A stretch of 62,590 bases of DNA, counting the filler, from Stramenopiles sp. TOSAG23-2 (taxonomy: Eukaryota), in NCBI GenBank assembly GCA_900128395.1. It is 41 parts of 41 records of this genome, joined end to end, with 100 filler letters (N's around TTAATTAATTAA, not from the genome) between each part and the next. Parts side by side here need not be neighbours in the genome. Positions count along the whole stretch, not along the records: positions 26,084 to 27,513 come from LT652920.1; positions 27,614 to 29,043 come from LT652921.1; positions 29,144 to 30,572 come from LT652922.1; positions 30,673 to 32,101 come from LT652923.1; positions 32,202 to 33,629 come from LT652924.1; positions 33,730 to 35,157 come from LT652925.1; positions 35,258 to 36,685 come from LT652926.1; positions 36,786 to 38,211 come from LT652927.1; 33 more parts are not named here. One strand, given 5' to 3'. The translations under genes and the position numbers were made by a program. The notes beneath the pieces are model-generated. The model ran no database searches and was not told the DNA's origin. It was given only the letters and a program-made list of their open reading frames with translations. This document shows, in pieces, positions 26,084 to 38,311 of this stretch; the first letter of the stretch is position 1, and every line of letters begins with the position of its first letter.

Positions 26084-27513
26084 CGTACCTATCTCTAACT
26101 TATTATCATTGATATGAAATCTCTCTGTCCCCCAACCATCTTGGAAAATTATACTACCCCCTTCGTAACCAGGAGAACTGTGCCCAGGCTGCAACACTAT
26201 GGAACCACCAATTTCCGATATTCCATTAGCATTTCCTCCTTTTAATGTGACATTACCTCCATGCCCAAACATTGCGTCTTGGCCTTTTATAATTGTTGCC
26301 GACCCATCCCCATAGGGAAACATATCACTAGATGCATTTGTTTCTGTTCTCCCGATGACAAATGTTTCATTCGATCTTTCGTCGCCTAAAAGGATTTTAT
26401 TGGAGTTAGCAAGTGTCATAATATGAGATAGACCTGTCTTATCGGGCGCCATAGTTTTAAAAACCAGACGACCACCCATCATGTAACCTTTATTCCAAGG
26501 ATCTTCTGAATTTACTGCTGGAACGTCTGGCTGGTCTACGTAACTCTGGATGCTAGCAAATGTTTCCCGAGTTGCGTTGCTTGTATATGCATCAAATTCT
26601 ATATTTCCTATCATATCTCCACTTAAGACTTTTTCAACAGATGTTTCATCGGAGCTAACTCTAGATCGAAGAAACGTCATTTCTGACCCTCTGGATATAT
26701 CATTGCTTTTGACATGTGAATATATTGCCTCTGGAGAAAACGTTTCTATCGCCAATGCCGCAGCTGGCCAAGTCGGCTCTGTTGAAGTATCTTTCGATTT
26801 ATGGATTAAGCGAAGAACTTGCGTATTATGTGCGGCTTCATTGCCATTAATTATTTCAGACACGGATCTGAATTTTGTACTATCCGAGTTTGATACGACT
26901 GAAAGCACACTGCCACCTTGCAACCCGTTTGCATGAAATGCTACAACAGGGTGTGTGGACGATGGGTCATTTCCGGAAGAGTTGACTTGGAGTGCAGATC
27001 CATCAATTAGGTTTTCTGCAACTATTTTTACGCCGGTTCCATTAGTCAAACCTTTTCCATCTATATTTAACATTGTACCAGTGCTATCTCCGTTTATAGC
27101 TTCTATACTTAACAAATTTGAAGCACCTGCATTATCATGGTCCTCCGGCATCTCTCCCACGAGCTCAAAAACATTTCCAGAAGCCATTTCTTTTGCTTCT
27201 ACTTTGAATACATTGCCCCCTTCCACATTTGTTGACGAAAAAGACACCACTCCACTGGACGATGCACCTTCGGATTCTACTTTTAAAAGAAATCCATTTT
27301 TCCCTAAATTTTTCCCTCCCTGAATCAACACACCATTACCTTTAGTCAATGAATGTGCTTCAACATTGATTGCATTCCCTTCAGTCCCGTCTCCAGTTAA
27401 AACATAAACAATGGCACCGCCGTTACCAATAGAACCTTTATCCGCAACCACTTTTAAGATACTTGCATCATTACCATTTAATTCCTCGCCATGTAAAGAC
27501 ACTAATGATCCTC
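26084..27513 (-). CDS. Large beta-rich protein fragment with tail-fibre-like motifs
   Basis: Open across the whole contig; SGDMIGNIEFDAY...FASIQSYVD...GGRLVFKT and GGNVTLKGG/GGSIVLQPG repeats. Confidence 0.7.
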
Positions 27514-27613
27514 NNNNNNNNNNNNNNNNNNNNNNNNNNNNNNNNNNNNNNNNNNNNTTAATTAATTAANNNNNNNNNNNNNNNNNNNNNNNNNNNNNNN
27601 NNNNNNNNNNNNN

Positions 27614-28111
27614 AATCGTGGACCGCCTAATGGACCACCACCGCCAAGACGTAACCAAGCACCACCACTGCTAAGACCTAAGCAAGCACCACCACCGAGA
27701 CGCAACCAAGCACCGCCGCCAAGACGTAACCAAGCACCACCGCCGCCAAGACGTAATCAAGCACCACCACCACCACCACCACCACCAAGTGGTAATAATA
27801 ATAACAACAGAAACGTTAATAATAATAATAATAATAATGGAGGTGGCGGAGGAAGTAAACGATGGAGAGAACCTGGTGAAGTTGTTGAAGATAATAATAA
27901 TGGCAATCGACGTGATGATAGATACAATGACAATCGACGTAATGGTAGAGATACACGTAGAGATTTTCGTGGTGGATCTGATAGAAGAAGTAGAGGAGGA
28001 GGAGGAGATGGAAGAAGAAGAAATAACAATAATCGTGATCGCCGTGATGGTAATAGTAATAACAACAACAATAACAATAATAAAAGAAAGCGTAGATGGG
28101 CAGGAGATTAA
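27614..28111 (+). CDS. C-terminus of a low-complexity Pro/Arg/Asn-rich protein (not in the ORF track)
   Basis: NRGPPNGPPPPRRNQAPPP repeats...KRKRRWAGD-stop, open from contig start. Confidence 0.75.
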   Translation, partial: NRGPPNGPPPPRRNQAPPLLRPKQAPPPRRNQAPPPRRNQAPPPPRRNQAPPPPPPPPSGNNNNNRNVNNNNNNNGGGGGSKRWREPGEVVEDNNNGNRRDDRYNDNRRNGRDTRRDFRGGSDRRSRGGGGDGRRRNNNNRDRRDGNSNNNNNNNNKRKRRWAGD

Positions 28112-28266
28112 AAAAAAAAGAGGAAAAATATATATGAAAAGAGGGTTGTCGCTTTATGTAGAGAGCAATCTTAAAGAAAGCTTTTTTCAGTACGTATTTA
28201 TTTAATTTCGTGTGCGAGTGTGTGTGTGTCGTGCGCATCCGTGTTAAAAGCATAACATTTAATTTT

Positions 28267-28570
28267 GTTTAAAATCTAAGTTATAATAATTTTACACTTC
28301 TCGTGTTAAAGTAATATGCTCAATACTCAATCGCAAGAATAATATGCTATCCTACTATAATAAAGCTCTCCTGACGTCGTCGCAAGCTCTCATGCGCCAC
28401 CGCAAGCTAATACTCCATAAGCACAAGTAGGTCTGAATCCAGTATAACACACTCGATGAAAGTGGCGTGAATAGTCCATAGGTTTTCCAAAGTTTGGTGG
28501 TTTTGAATTCCCCAGGAGTGGATTCATAGCAACCATTGTCTTGGGTGACAATAGGTTGTGGTTGCAATGC
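28267..28570 (-). mobile_element. Dispersed structured element, copy A (strand inferred)
   Basis: GTTTAAAATCTAAGTTATAATAATTTTACACTTC shared with 54507-54543 and partly with 55722-55742; internal hairpins. Confidence 0.5.
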
Positions 28571-28576
28571 ACAAAA

Positions 28577-29043
28577 TTATTGAGTTAGTAACGTTGACAA
28601 GTGATAAATCTTGGGTTTTTGCTCCCTGATGTTTTGTTGGTTAGACTGCACGTCTGGAGGTAAATTCTTCCCATCTGAAGTGTGTACTACAAAAGGAACT
28701 GTTTTCAAAGTTGATTTATCATTGTATACGTCATCGTCCCTAGCCTGGTTAAATTGGAAAGTGATCGCCCGGTGACTATGATTTTGAATGATATCCTCTT
28801 TGGATAATAGTTTTTTGCAGCATACAGTATTCACATGATGAATCTCATTCTGTTGCGCATTCTTGGTATTTGTGTTTACGTAATAAAGAACGTCTGGTTT
28901 GGCCTTTTCATCAAACAAGTTATTGTCATTATTCCTAATATCATGCTGCCCATAATAATTTGATAGAATGCCGGTGTTGTTCTGCTGTTTAGTCTGCACG
29001 TGTGGAGGTAAATTCTTCCCATCTGAAGTGTGTACTACAAAAG
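28577..29043 (-). CDS. Unknown ORF fragment with an internal ~50-bp direct repeat
   Basis: ORF of 140+ aa; 28644-28695 repeated at 28992-29043. Confidence 0.35.
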
Positions 29044-29920
29044 NNNNNNNNNNNNNNNNNNNNNNNNNNNNNNNNNNNNNNNNNNNNTTAATTAATTAAN
29101 NNNNNNNNNNNNNNNNNNNNNNNNNNNNNNNNNNNNNNNNNNNAAAAGATGACAATAATAGTTTACGTCATGAAATGGAAGGTATCCATAGCAAAGTTAG
29201 TAATGATCGAAATAATATTGGAATGAATTATGATGGTAATCATAAAAATGCTGGTGGTAAAGTAGACAAAGGTGGTAATGATGATGATAATGTTGAGAAG
29301 GGGGAGGGGGAAGGGGAGGTAAGCGAGAGTAATCATAAACATCATAAACATGAAAAGAAATAAAAAAAAAAAGCATAAAGATAATAAGAAAAAAACAAGA
29401 TAATGAGAAAATAATTAATGATATCATAAAAAAAAAAGTGTTGTTTGTGTGTGTGTAAAAAAACAAAAAAACACACGCACGCGCAGGCCATCGAGGTGTA
29501 AAGTGTTGTGTAAAGAGAGGGGTGAGTGAGTGTGCGAACATGCAAGTGTGTGTGCGTGCGTGTGGTGAATGGTGAATGAGAGAGATGGTACAAAAAAATA
29601 TTTTTTTTTTTATATCAAAACATATTTTTATTATTTATAATAAACTCTTTTTTCTGTGAGAAATATTTTTTATAAAAACTTTTTTTTTTTTTTTGGCACA
29701 CAACGCGTATTATTTTTATTTTTCCTTTTACAAATTTGTTTTTCTTTCGTTTTAACTAATAATTTGTTTTATATGAATTACAAATTACCATATAGATGGT
29801 AACAAATATAAAACACGAAATCAAACGAAAAAACAAAAATATTCTCCTCCTCTTTTTCAACAAATGTCTTTTTATTATATATATACTTTTTTTTACAAAC
29901 TATACATAATAAATAAAAAT

Positions 29921-30572
29921 TTACATAAAGAAGAATCCTGTCTTTGTCCCTTTGTTCATAAATTTATGGAATTCTTTGTAATTCATTTTCATGTCATTAC
30001 CAGCTGCTGCTTGGAATTCACGTTTCATTTTAGGATCTTCATGGAATGTTACTGCTATAATTTCATCCCAACCAATACGTTGGTCTTTGTCTTGATCAAA
30101 AATTTTTAATAATTTTTGAAAATCACTTCGTCTTTGGGCATTCTTGGTTGCTGTACCAATTGTACCTGTACTACTAGCTGAATTTTCCGCGGATGGACCT
30201 GTTGCTGTACCATTACTAGCTGCATCTTGCAACTGTTCGCCTGAGGAGATACCGGTACCACCGGTACTACCAGTACTACCACTAGCTGTTGGACCTGTAC
30301 TGCCAGTTGCTAGTCTCTTCCTTCTTTCTTCTGCTTTCTTCTTCTTCTTCATTCTTTCTTCCCTAATACTATGTGCGTCTTCTGCTGCATTACCACCAGT
30401 AGAACTATTATCATTATTGGTAAGATCTTGCGCAACATTGTCTTTCATCATACGTGTACAATCCGATGCCGATACACCACATTGTTTCATGTTTGCTTCG
30501 TTTTTGCACCAGAATGCCACACCTAATTTAGCACATTGTTCACTATTTATAATTTGATGTTCAATATCACCT
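29921..30572 (-). CDS. EF-hand protein C-terminus with Gly/Ser/Thr linker
   Basis: FDQDKDQRIGWDE EF-hand and a degenerate second EF-hand (MNYKEF). Confidence 0.75.
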
Positions 30573-30673
30573 NNNNNNNNNNNNNNNNNNNNNNNNNNNN
30601 NNNNNNNNNNNNNNNNTTAATTAATTAANNNNNNNNNNNNNNNNNNNNNNNNNNNNNNNNNNNNNNNNNNNNA

Positions 30674-30748
30674 AATATATTAGCAACTTGTGGGGATGAT
30701 AATGTTGTTAAACTATGGGCATTGAAAGAAACAACAAATCGCAAATGA
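30674..30748 (+). CDS. Last WD40 repeat of a truncated gene (CIAO1-like ending)
   Basis: NILATCGDDNVVKLWALKETTNRK-stop. Confidence 0.55.
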   Translation, partial: NILATCGDDNVVKLWALKETTNRK

Positions 30749-31215
30749 TGATTGATATATATATGATAAAATGTCGATGTGATGGAAGAAGAATGTATAT
30801 ATATATATATATATGTAAATATTTTTCTCGCGAAATGATAGAGATGTGTGCGCTGCTGTGTTGTTTTGAGGAGAGAGAGGGAGGATATGTTTTTTAATAT
30901 GTAAATATACGAGTGTATTTACATTTTGTTTTAAATATTATATAAGATTTATCATACGAAAATACGAAGTATATAATACGTGTATATATATATACTCGTG
31001 TATATAGAGAGAGATAAGCTTAATTCGTGAAAATTGAGATGATATACACACACACGCGTATCATTTTTCTTTTTTTTTTATCTATATATATAAAGTTTAT
31101 TAAGTTATTGCATTAATTATATGCTTCGTACGCGCTCGTACTAGATATAAAGTTTTTCGTATTAACGATATTTTATATAATATATTTTTATTTTGTGTTG
31201 GATATGTAACATTTA

Positions 31216-31449
31216 TTATTTCGGTGTTGCCATTGTACCCATAATATTTAAATTAAACTCTTCCACACGTTTTAAATCTTCTGCTTTCTCTGTTTGATAC
31301 TTTAAACATTTCTTATCATCTGTTATCTTTAATACAATCATACCATCACAATGTCGATATTTCATTGAATATCTAACTTTACTTGGATTTTGTTCATATA
31401 ATGTTTTTGCTTGTGCTACAAAACTATCAAATTCACGTATATACACCAT
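31216..31449 (-). CDS. SRP9: Signal recognition particle 9 kDa protein
   Basis: LYEQNPSKVRYSMKYRHCDGMIVLKITDDKKCLKYQT matches the SRP9 consensus. Confidence 0.95.
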   Translation of the reverse strand: MVYIREFDSFVAQAKTLYEQNPSKVRYSMKYRHCDGMIVLKITDDKKCLKYQTEKAEDLKRVEEFNLNIMGTMATPK

Positions 31450-33209
31450 TTTTCTATCCCTTTTCTTTAATTTACTATTATTTATTATACCACCTCGTGT
31501 TTGTATATTTTCTTTCTTACTTTACAATATGTCCCACTGAATGTTATTATATATTATATATATATATATACAGCAGCACCGGAAAATTATTATTTTGATA
31601 TATATATGATGTGTTATGATATCTATTTTATATTGTTTCTATGATTCTTCTCATTAAATCGATGTATGGCATAAATATTTATTATACAACAACAACAATA
31701 ATATGTGTTTTTTTTTAATGGTGGTGATGGAAGGAAGAAATACATTCTATATACTAATACCTATACCAAAAGTACTATGTACGTGTGAGAATATTATAGC
31801 GATTTTACATATAGTATTGTAATACAGTAGTAATATTACCAACGACATAGCAGCCAGCCGCATCACCAACACACCGAGATCACTTTGACGACAGGGCCAA
31901 ATACAAGAATATACAGTAGTACAATAGTACCTGGTAGTATACTGGTACAGATGTTTGCAACCAACACCGGACAGTGAGAGAGAGAGACATGCAAGAAAAA
32001 AAAAAATATTTAATCGGGATTTAGCATATTAGCATATAAATAGAATTAAAATACATGATTTTGACTAAAAATTAAATCGGGTTTTAATAATTTTTATACA
32101 TNNNNNNNNNNNNNNNNNNNNNNNNNNNNNNNNNNNNNNNNNNNNTTAATTAATTAANNNNNNNNNNNNNNNNNNNNNNNNNNNNNNNNNNNNNNNNNNN
32201 NGACGTTTTGCACCAGATTTATCTTTTTTCCCCATTTCTCTCTCTTTTTTTTTTCGGAATCGAACTACTGCCTGATATTCTAAAATATTCTTTTCATTTA
32301 AATTGAACATAGTTACCTTCTGTTTTAGTTGAGTTGGATACTGACTTTTTATTGATTACACATGAATATACATGATTTCACATCCTTTGAAATCTTATCA
32401 ACAATCTCAATAATCAAAAAACATCATTATAAACCAAAACAAAAGTGAAATTTTACAATTGGGTACGAGTCGCTTTTAACAATTGTTTAAACATAGACAT
32501 AACAATTGAAAAATTTGGAAGGAAATAAATTTGTTGGATTCTACATCAAATACCAATCAATAAAAAAATAAGTACAAATACAATGCCTGAACAAATGGAA
32601 GTATTAGCCATGGCAAAAATGCTATCAATGGTACTTGTAACATATAAATCAAAACAGGAATTGAAAAATGAAATGTGGAAATTAAGACAATTTGGAAATC
32701 ATTGTAAAAAATACGTTGAATTAGAGAAACTTGGACAATTTGCAATTGTCAATGTCAAAAGCTTTGCCAGATTCTTGGTCATCACTGTACAAACTACAGT
32801 TGAAATAAACTTCAGCTTACATTTCCTCTTCAAGGTAAACGCTAAATATTGGAAACATTATTACTATCATCCGGTAATAATGCATCAACCAAATTTTTTC
32901 ATTACAAATGTAGTGGCAAATTTGCAGGATAAAATTAAAAACAATGTTAAAAGAAACAAGGTGCAGATAACCAAGTAAGAATAGTATACTGTGCTTGGTA
33001 TCCTTACTACAAACCAAACACAACAATTGAACACATATGTAGCAATAAAAATTCCACCACATTTTTTCATGTTACCAATTAGGGTTTTATTATAAAAGTT
33101 ACTATGAACACACGATCAACACAGCATCAGAGCATTATTCTCTTAACTTTTAAAATGGCAAAAAATAGCAAATTTCCGTACGCAGTGCTACCCTCTAAAA
33201 CATACCAAA

Positions 33210-33427
33210 ACTGTGCAAAACATCAGAAAACTGTGCACTTAACACTATTCACTATAGGGGAAATATTCATCAATATTCATCATTTTTTCTATATTTTCGG
33301 ATATTTGCTATTTTTTCCAAAAATATATGAAAAATAAAATTGGCATTTTAGAAAACGATATATACATATTTCCCATAGTGAATAGTGTTATTTGTTAAGT
33401 GCACAGTTTTCTGATGTTTTGCACAGT
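33210..33427. repeat. MITE-like foldback with ~55-bp imperfect terminal inverted repeats
   Basis: ACTGTGCAAAACATCAGAAAACTGTGCACTTAACA...CTATTCACTAT versus ATAGTGAATAG...TGTTAAGTGCACAGTTTTCTGATGTTTTGCACAGT. Confidence 0.7.
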
Positions 33428-34125
33428 AGCCACGCAGCCACCAACAACTCCAACCACAAATAATTAAAAGATATATACATGTTAATGTGTGGTAAGAATG
33501 CAACATACATGGACGACAATCAACAAATCAACAAATTAACACATACGAAAACAACAACAACAACGTTAAAATTACGAAAAAAAAAAGAGAGAGAAATGGG
33601 GAAAAAAGATAAATCTGGTGCAAAACGTCNNNNNNNNNNNNNNNNNNNNNNNNNNNNNNNNNNNNNNNNNNNNTTAATTAATTAANNNNNNNNNNNNNNN
33701 NNNNNNNNNNNNNNNNNNNNNNNNNNNNNTAATAATACATTAATTGAGTTAACCATTTGGAAAAACACAATTAGTGAATCGGTGCGTAAAGAACTATATG
33801 ATATACAACGATATAAATTACATGGTACAAATGGCTATAAGGAAATGGATGAATTTTACATTTGGTCATGAGAAACAGATAAGAACACAGGAAAAGGAAA
33901 AGAGTGGAAGCGTCTTGATGTGTGAACATATATAGAAGGTGTTATTACAATATAATATACGAATATATTTTTTTAAATTTATTTTCATCAATGGTCTAGC
34001 CTAGTCGAGTGCCTCGACGCTTTGCTTCCAGCAAAACGAGGTCGCGAGGTCTAGCTAGCTAGGTCTAATCAAAATTTTGTGGTGTTGGACCAATCTTCTT
34101 CTTCTGTTCTACATCTGGGTGATTT

Positions 34126-35157
34126 TTATGGAATTTTTTTAAATTCAGCTTTCAATAGTGCCCATATTAAATAACCACGTTGTATCCAAGTTGAAGCACC
34201 CCATATGTCTTCATCTGCTTCTATAGCATCATGTAGAAGTTTTTTATCATCATATCCGTTGGCTTTTGCGTCATCATCTATAGCTTTAATTTGTGTTTTG
34301 TCATAGCTTTCTACAGAAGCCATATAGGATGAATACATATCGGCTAGGCCCCCATGTCGGCGGAGTATATTGATTATAACCCACAGTATCTTGTTTGATT
34401 CTTCTGCTGTTAGCCCATAGAAATTTGGTAGACCTAGACCTGAAGACAAGCTATCAGGCGTTTTATATTTCCAATACGCTTCATACAGAGGGCTCATACT
34501 AACAACACCGGTAATTTCTTTGTAATTAATATCATCCAATGTCATACGACTCACAAGTATTTCCATTATTTGTAACATATTGTCTACTTTATCATGATCG
34601 TATCCTGGTGTTTGAAGTTTTCTTTCATCGACAGAAATAGCCTAGGGTTACCCCCGGATGAAATTTTTTCAATCATAAAATGGAGGCAAGATTGATTCTT
34701 GAATCCATTGTAATATACAATACCAGGTTCAGCACCATGGTCTAGTAAATATTGAACTAATTCGATATGCCCACCTTCGGCAGCAACTAAAAGACATGGA
34801 GGTTTACAGTGACCATTTTCTAATTCAATTTCGTCGTTTAAAATATCTAATAAACTTAAACCTTTTTCATTAGTTTTACAATTAGCAATGATAGCTTCCT
34901 TGCTCTTCAGAATGTGGGATGATACTCTGCGAGCTCTCAGCGATACTTGAGTCTGGATCCGTATGTTGAGAATGTGGAATTAGACTTTGAGAAGTTTCTT
35001 GATCCAGACTGTCTTCAGAATTTCGCGCGAAAACTTATGACTAATATTATTTTTCTCTACCTGCAATGTAGTTAATGTTTTGCTTATTTTTAATCCTTCA
35101 CCAATAAATTTACAACCTTCATCACCAATCTTATTGCAAGATAGGTCCAATTTTTTT
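34126..35157 (-). pseudogene. Disrupted LRR + ankyrin gene
   Basis: LDLSCNKIGDEGCKFIGEGLK (RI-type LRR), stop, CLLVAAEGGHIELVQYLLDHGA (ankyrin), TGA and frameshift, then ORF 34126-34578. Confidence 0.65.
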
Positions 35158-35257
35158 NNNNNNNNNNNNNNNNNNNNNNNNNNNNNNNNNNNNNNNNNNN
35201 NTTAATTAATTAANNNNNNNNNNNNNNNNNNNNNNNNNNNNNNNNNNNNNNNNNNNN

Positions 35258-36685
35258 AAGGTGGCTTTTCGATTGTAAATGCATTGTTGTCACCAAAATA
35301 AAATTTGTTTTCAAATACAATCGCTTCTCTTTCCGTATCAAATGTTATGTATGCGGCGCCATTTTTATCTTCAAATGTAAAAGCATTTCGATCATCTTCT
35401 TTCATTACAACTCGAGTTCGATGTTTTACAGCATCAATATAATAATCTGTTTTATTTTCATCTATTGAATACAGCTGAAGACGACCACTAAATGGACGAA
35501 GTTGGATGTCTCCGCAACACGTCTCAATAGTACCAGATGCGACATCACATACCGTACTGTGAAATTTAAGCGTTTTTGCATCTAACTGAAAAATACTTGA
35601 AAATGGTNNNNNNNNNNNNNNNNNNNNNNNNNNNNNNNNNNNNNNNNNNNNNNNNNNNNNNNNNNNNNNNNNNNNNNNNNNNNNNNNNNNNNNNNNNNNN
35701 NNNNNNNNNNNNNNNNNNNNNNNNNNNNNNNNNCGCCACCTGCATTATCGATTGTCAAACCAGTATTAGCAGTGGAGCGTAAAACGCTACTAACAGATGC
35801 GATCTGATTGCCATCCCAGTTTGCAGCTAAAGTAGCACTACTATCACCAAATACGACATCCCCATTTATGTACACTTTTCCACCATTACCAGGTGATAAT
35901 GTTATATCACCGCTATTGGTCTCAATTTGTAACCCTCCATAAGCTGTGCTGCGTATATTGCTGGCGGAAGTAGTGATTTTACCATTACTGGGCTTAATGA
36001 CAAAGCCACAATTATTACCAATCCCATTTTGATCGCATCGCATTTGATCAAATACCACATCACCAGGATTAGAGAAGTGCATTTTATTGACTGCGTGATT
36101 TATTGTTGAAGAAATTGGATGAAATATGAAATCGCCATCGTGATCACTACCAGATATTACAATACGATCGCCTTTGAAAACACGAATAACTCATGCCCAT
36201 TGATTGAAATAGATTCCCCGGTTGCCTCGGTGTCACTACTACTAGTCATAGATATACGGATCTTCCGTGCATAAGTTGGGTTGGCATTTATAATCCCGTT
36301 ATTCAATGTAAAATGAAAATCTGTATAACTAGTTATTGTGCACGAATCAAGTGTCAATGTTATCGTAGTCTCAAGTTCAGTTGAAAGTGCATTTGCAGAT
36401 ATTGTACACGAACTTGGTTCTGTTACAACTACATTTGGGGTGCTATTTTCAAACATTTTGTAATCAATATGAATTGTCATTGTATCAGCATCTGATAGAC
36501 TGCCTTCCATAGATGTTCTACCTTTAACAACAATCTCTGTTGGAGTCTCCCCAAATGTATTTTTATCCAAGCTAAATTCAAGATTGGAAATAATTTTTTT
36601 TTTCCAGTACATAGCCAGTTACAACACCATTCTCTAGCTTGTCTTTATTGGTCCATATTTCAAAATTAATACCAGGTGTATTTGT
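35258..36685 (-). CDS. Large beta-rich protein fragment, broken by homopolymer frameshifts and a gap
   Basis: Consecutive minus-strand ORFs; removing one T near 36177 gives VFKGDRIVISG... in frame with 36082; MKEDDRNAFTFEDKNGAAYITFDT motif. Confidence 0.6.
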
Positions 36686-36785
36686 NNNNNNNNNNNNNNN
36701 NNNNNNNNNNNNNNNNNNNNNNNNNNNNNTTAATTAATTAANNNNNNNNNNNNNNNNNNNNNNNNNNNNNNNNNNNNNNNNNNNN

Positions 36786-38211
36786 AATGAAAATATGTAT
36801 ATATAGGGTAGAAACTATCCTGAATGTGTAAATGTGTATATACAGTATAACTGTATCTATTTTCTAAAATAATTTATTTTTGGTATCTTTACACCATTCA
36901 ATTTACTACTGTAGTAGTACCACGTACTATTCTTAATAAAAAATATATGATGTGATCTGGTGATGTGTGGATGTTAATGTTGGGCGGAAAAAAGCTGAAA
37001 TATTTGAGGACTTGAGAACACTACGAGCCTCGTACACTACAAGTTTTAGTATACTTCTTGTTCTTATTACGCCTATAATATATATGAAATTACAGGGAAA
37101 AAAAAAAAAAATGCCACAAAAAAAAAGCAAAAGTTATTATAGGCACATACTGTAAAAGCACAAAATCGGTCCATGTGATTTATAAGGCCATATAGTAAGT
37201 AAGATTCCAAGTAAATACAATAAAGATAGGTAGTAATTTATAGTAAAATTGTTAGTACACTAAGAAGGTGTAACGAATAATATTTCGTTTAACTTAAACT
37301 CTTATTTTTTATGAAACGCATAATCATAGTCATAGCATTAACATAACAGGTAAAATAAACTAGATAAAAATAGAGATAAATACGAGTGTAACTAACAACA
37401 AAATAACATACAAATAAATTAAGATATTATATATATTACTCATGTAAAGATATAGAAGATACAGACATATATACAAATATAATATAATATAATATAATAT
37501 AATATTACATTATATTATATTTGTATATATGTCTGTATCTTCTATATCTTTACATGAGTAATATATATAATATCTTAATTTATTTGTATGTTATTTTGTT
37601 GTTAGTTACACTCGTATTTATCTCTATTTTTATCTAGTTTATTTTACCTGTTATGTTAATGCTATGACTATGATTATGCGTTTCATAAAAAATAAGAGTT
37701 TAAGTTAAACGAAATATTATTCGTTACACCTTCTTAGTGTACTAACAATTTTACTATAAATTACTACCTATCTTTATTGTATTTACTTGGAATCTTACTT
37801 ACTATATGGCCTTATAAATCACATGGACCGATTTTGTGCTTTTACAGTATGTGCCTATAATAACTTTTGCTTTTTTTTTTTGGCATTTTTTTTTTTTTTC
37901 CCTGTAATTTCATATATATTATAGGCGTAATAAGAACAAGAAGTATACTAAAACTTGTAGTGTACGAGGCTCGTAGTGTTCTCAAGTCCTCAAATATTTC
38001 AGCTTTTTTCCGCCCAACATTAACATCCACACATCACCAGATCACATCATATATTTTTTATTAAGAATAGTACGTGGTACTACTACAGTAGTAAATTGAA
38101 TGGTGTAAAGATACCAAAAATAAATTATTTTAGAAAATAGATACAGTTATACTGTATATACACATTTACACATTCAGGATAGTTTCTACCCTATATATAC
38201 ATATTTTCATT
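36786..38211. repeat. Whole-contig palindrome: two 701-bp arms around a 24-nt AT-rich loop
   Basis: 36786-37486 is the reverse complement of 37511-38211 (one mismatch noticed); mirrored ORFs in the track. Confidence 0.97.
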
Positions 38212-38311
38212 NNNNNNNNNNNNNNNNNNNNNNNNNNNNNNNNNNNNNNNNNNNNTTAATTAATTAANNNNNNNNNNNNNNNNNNNNNNNNNNNNNNNNN
38301 NNNNNNNNNNN

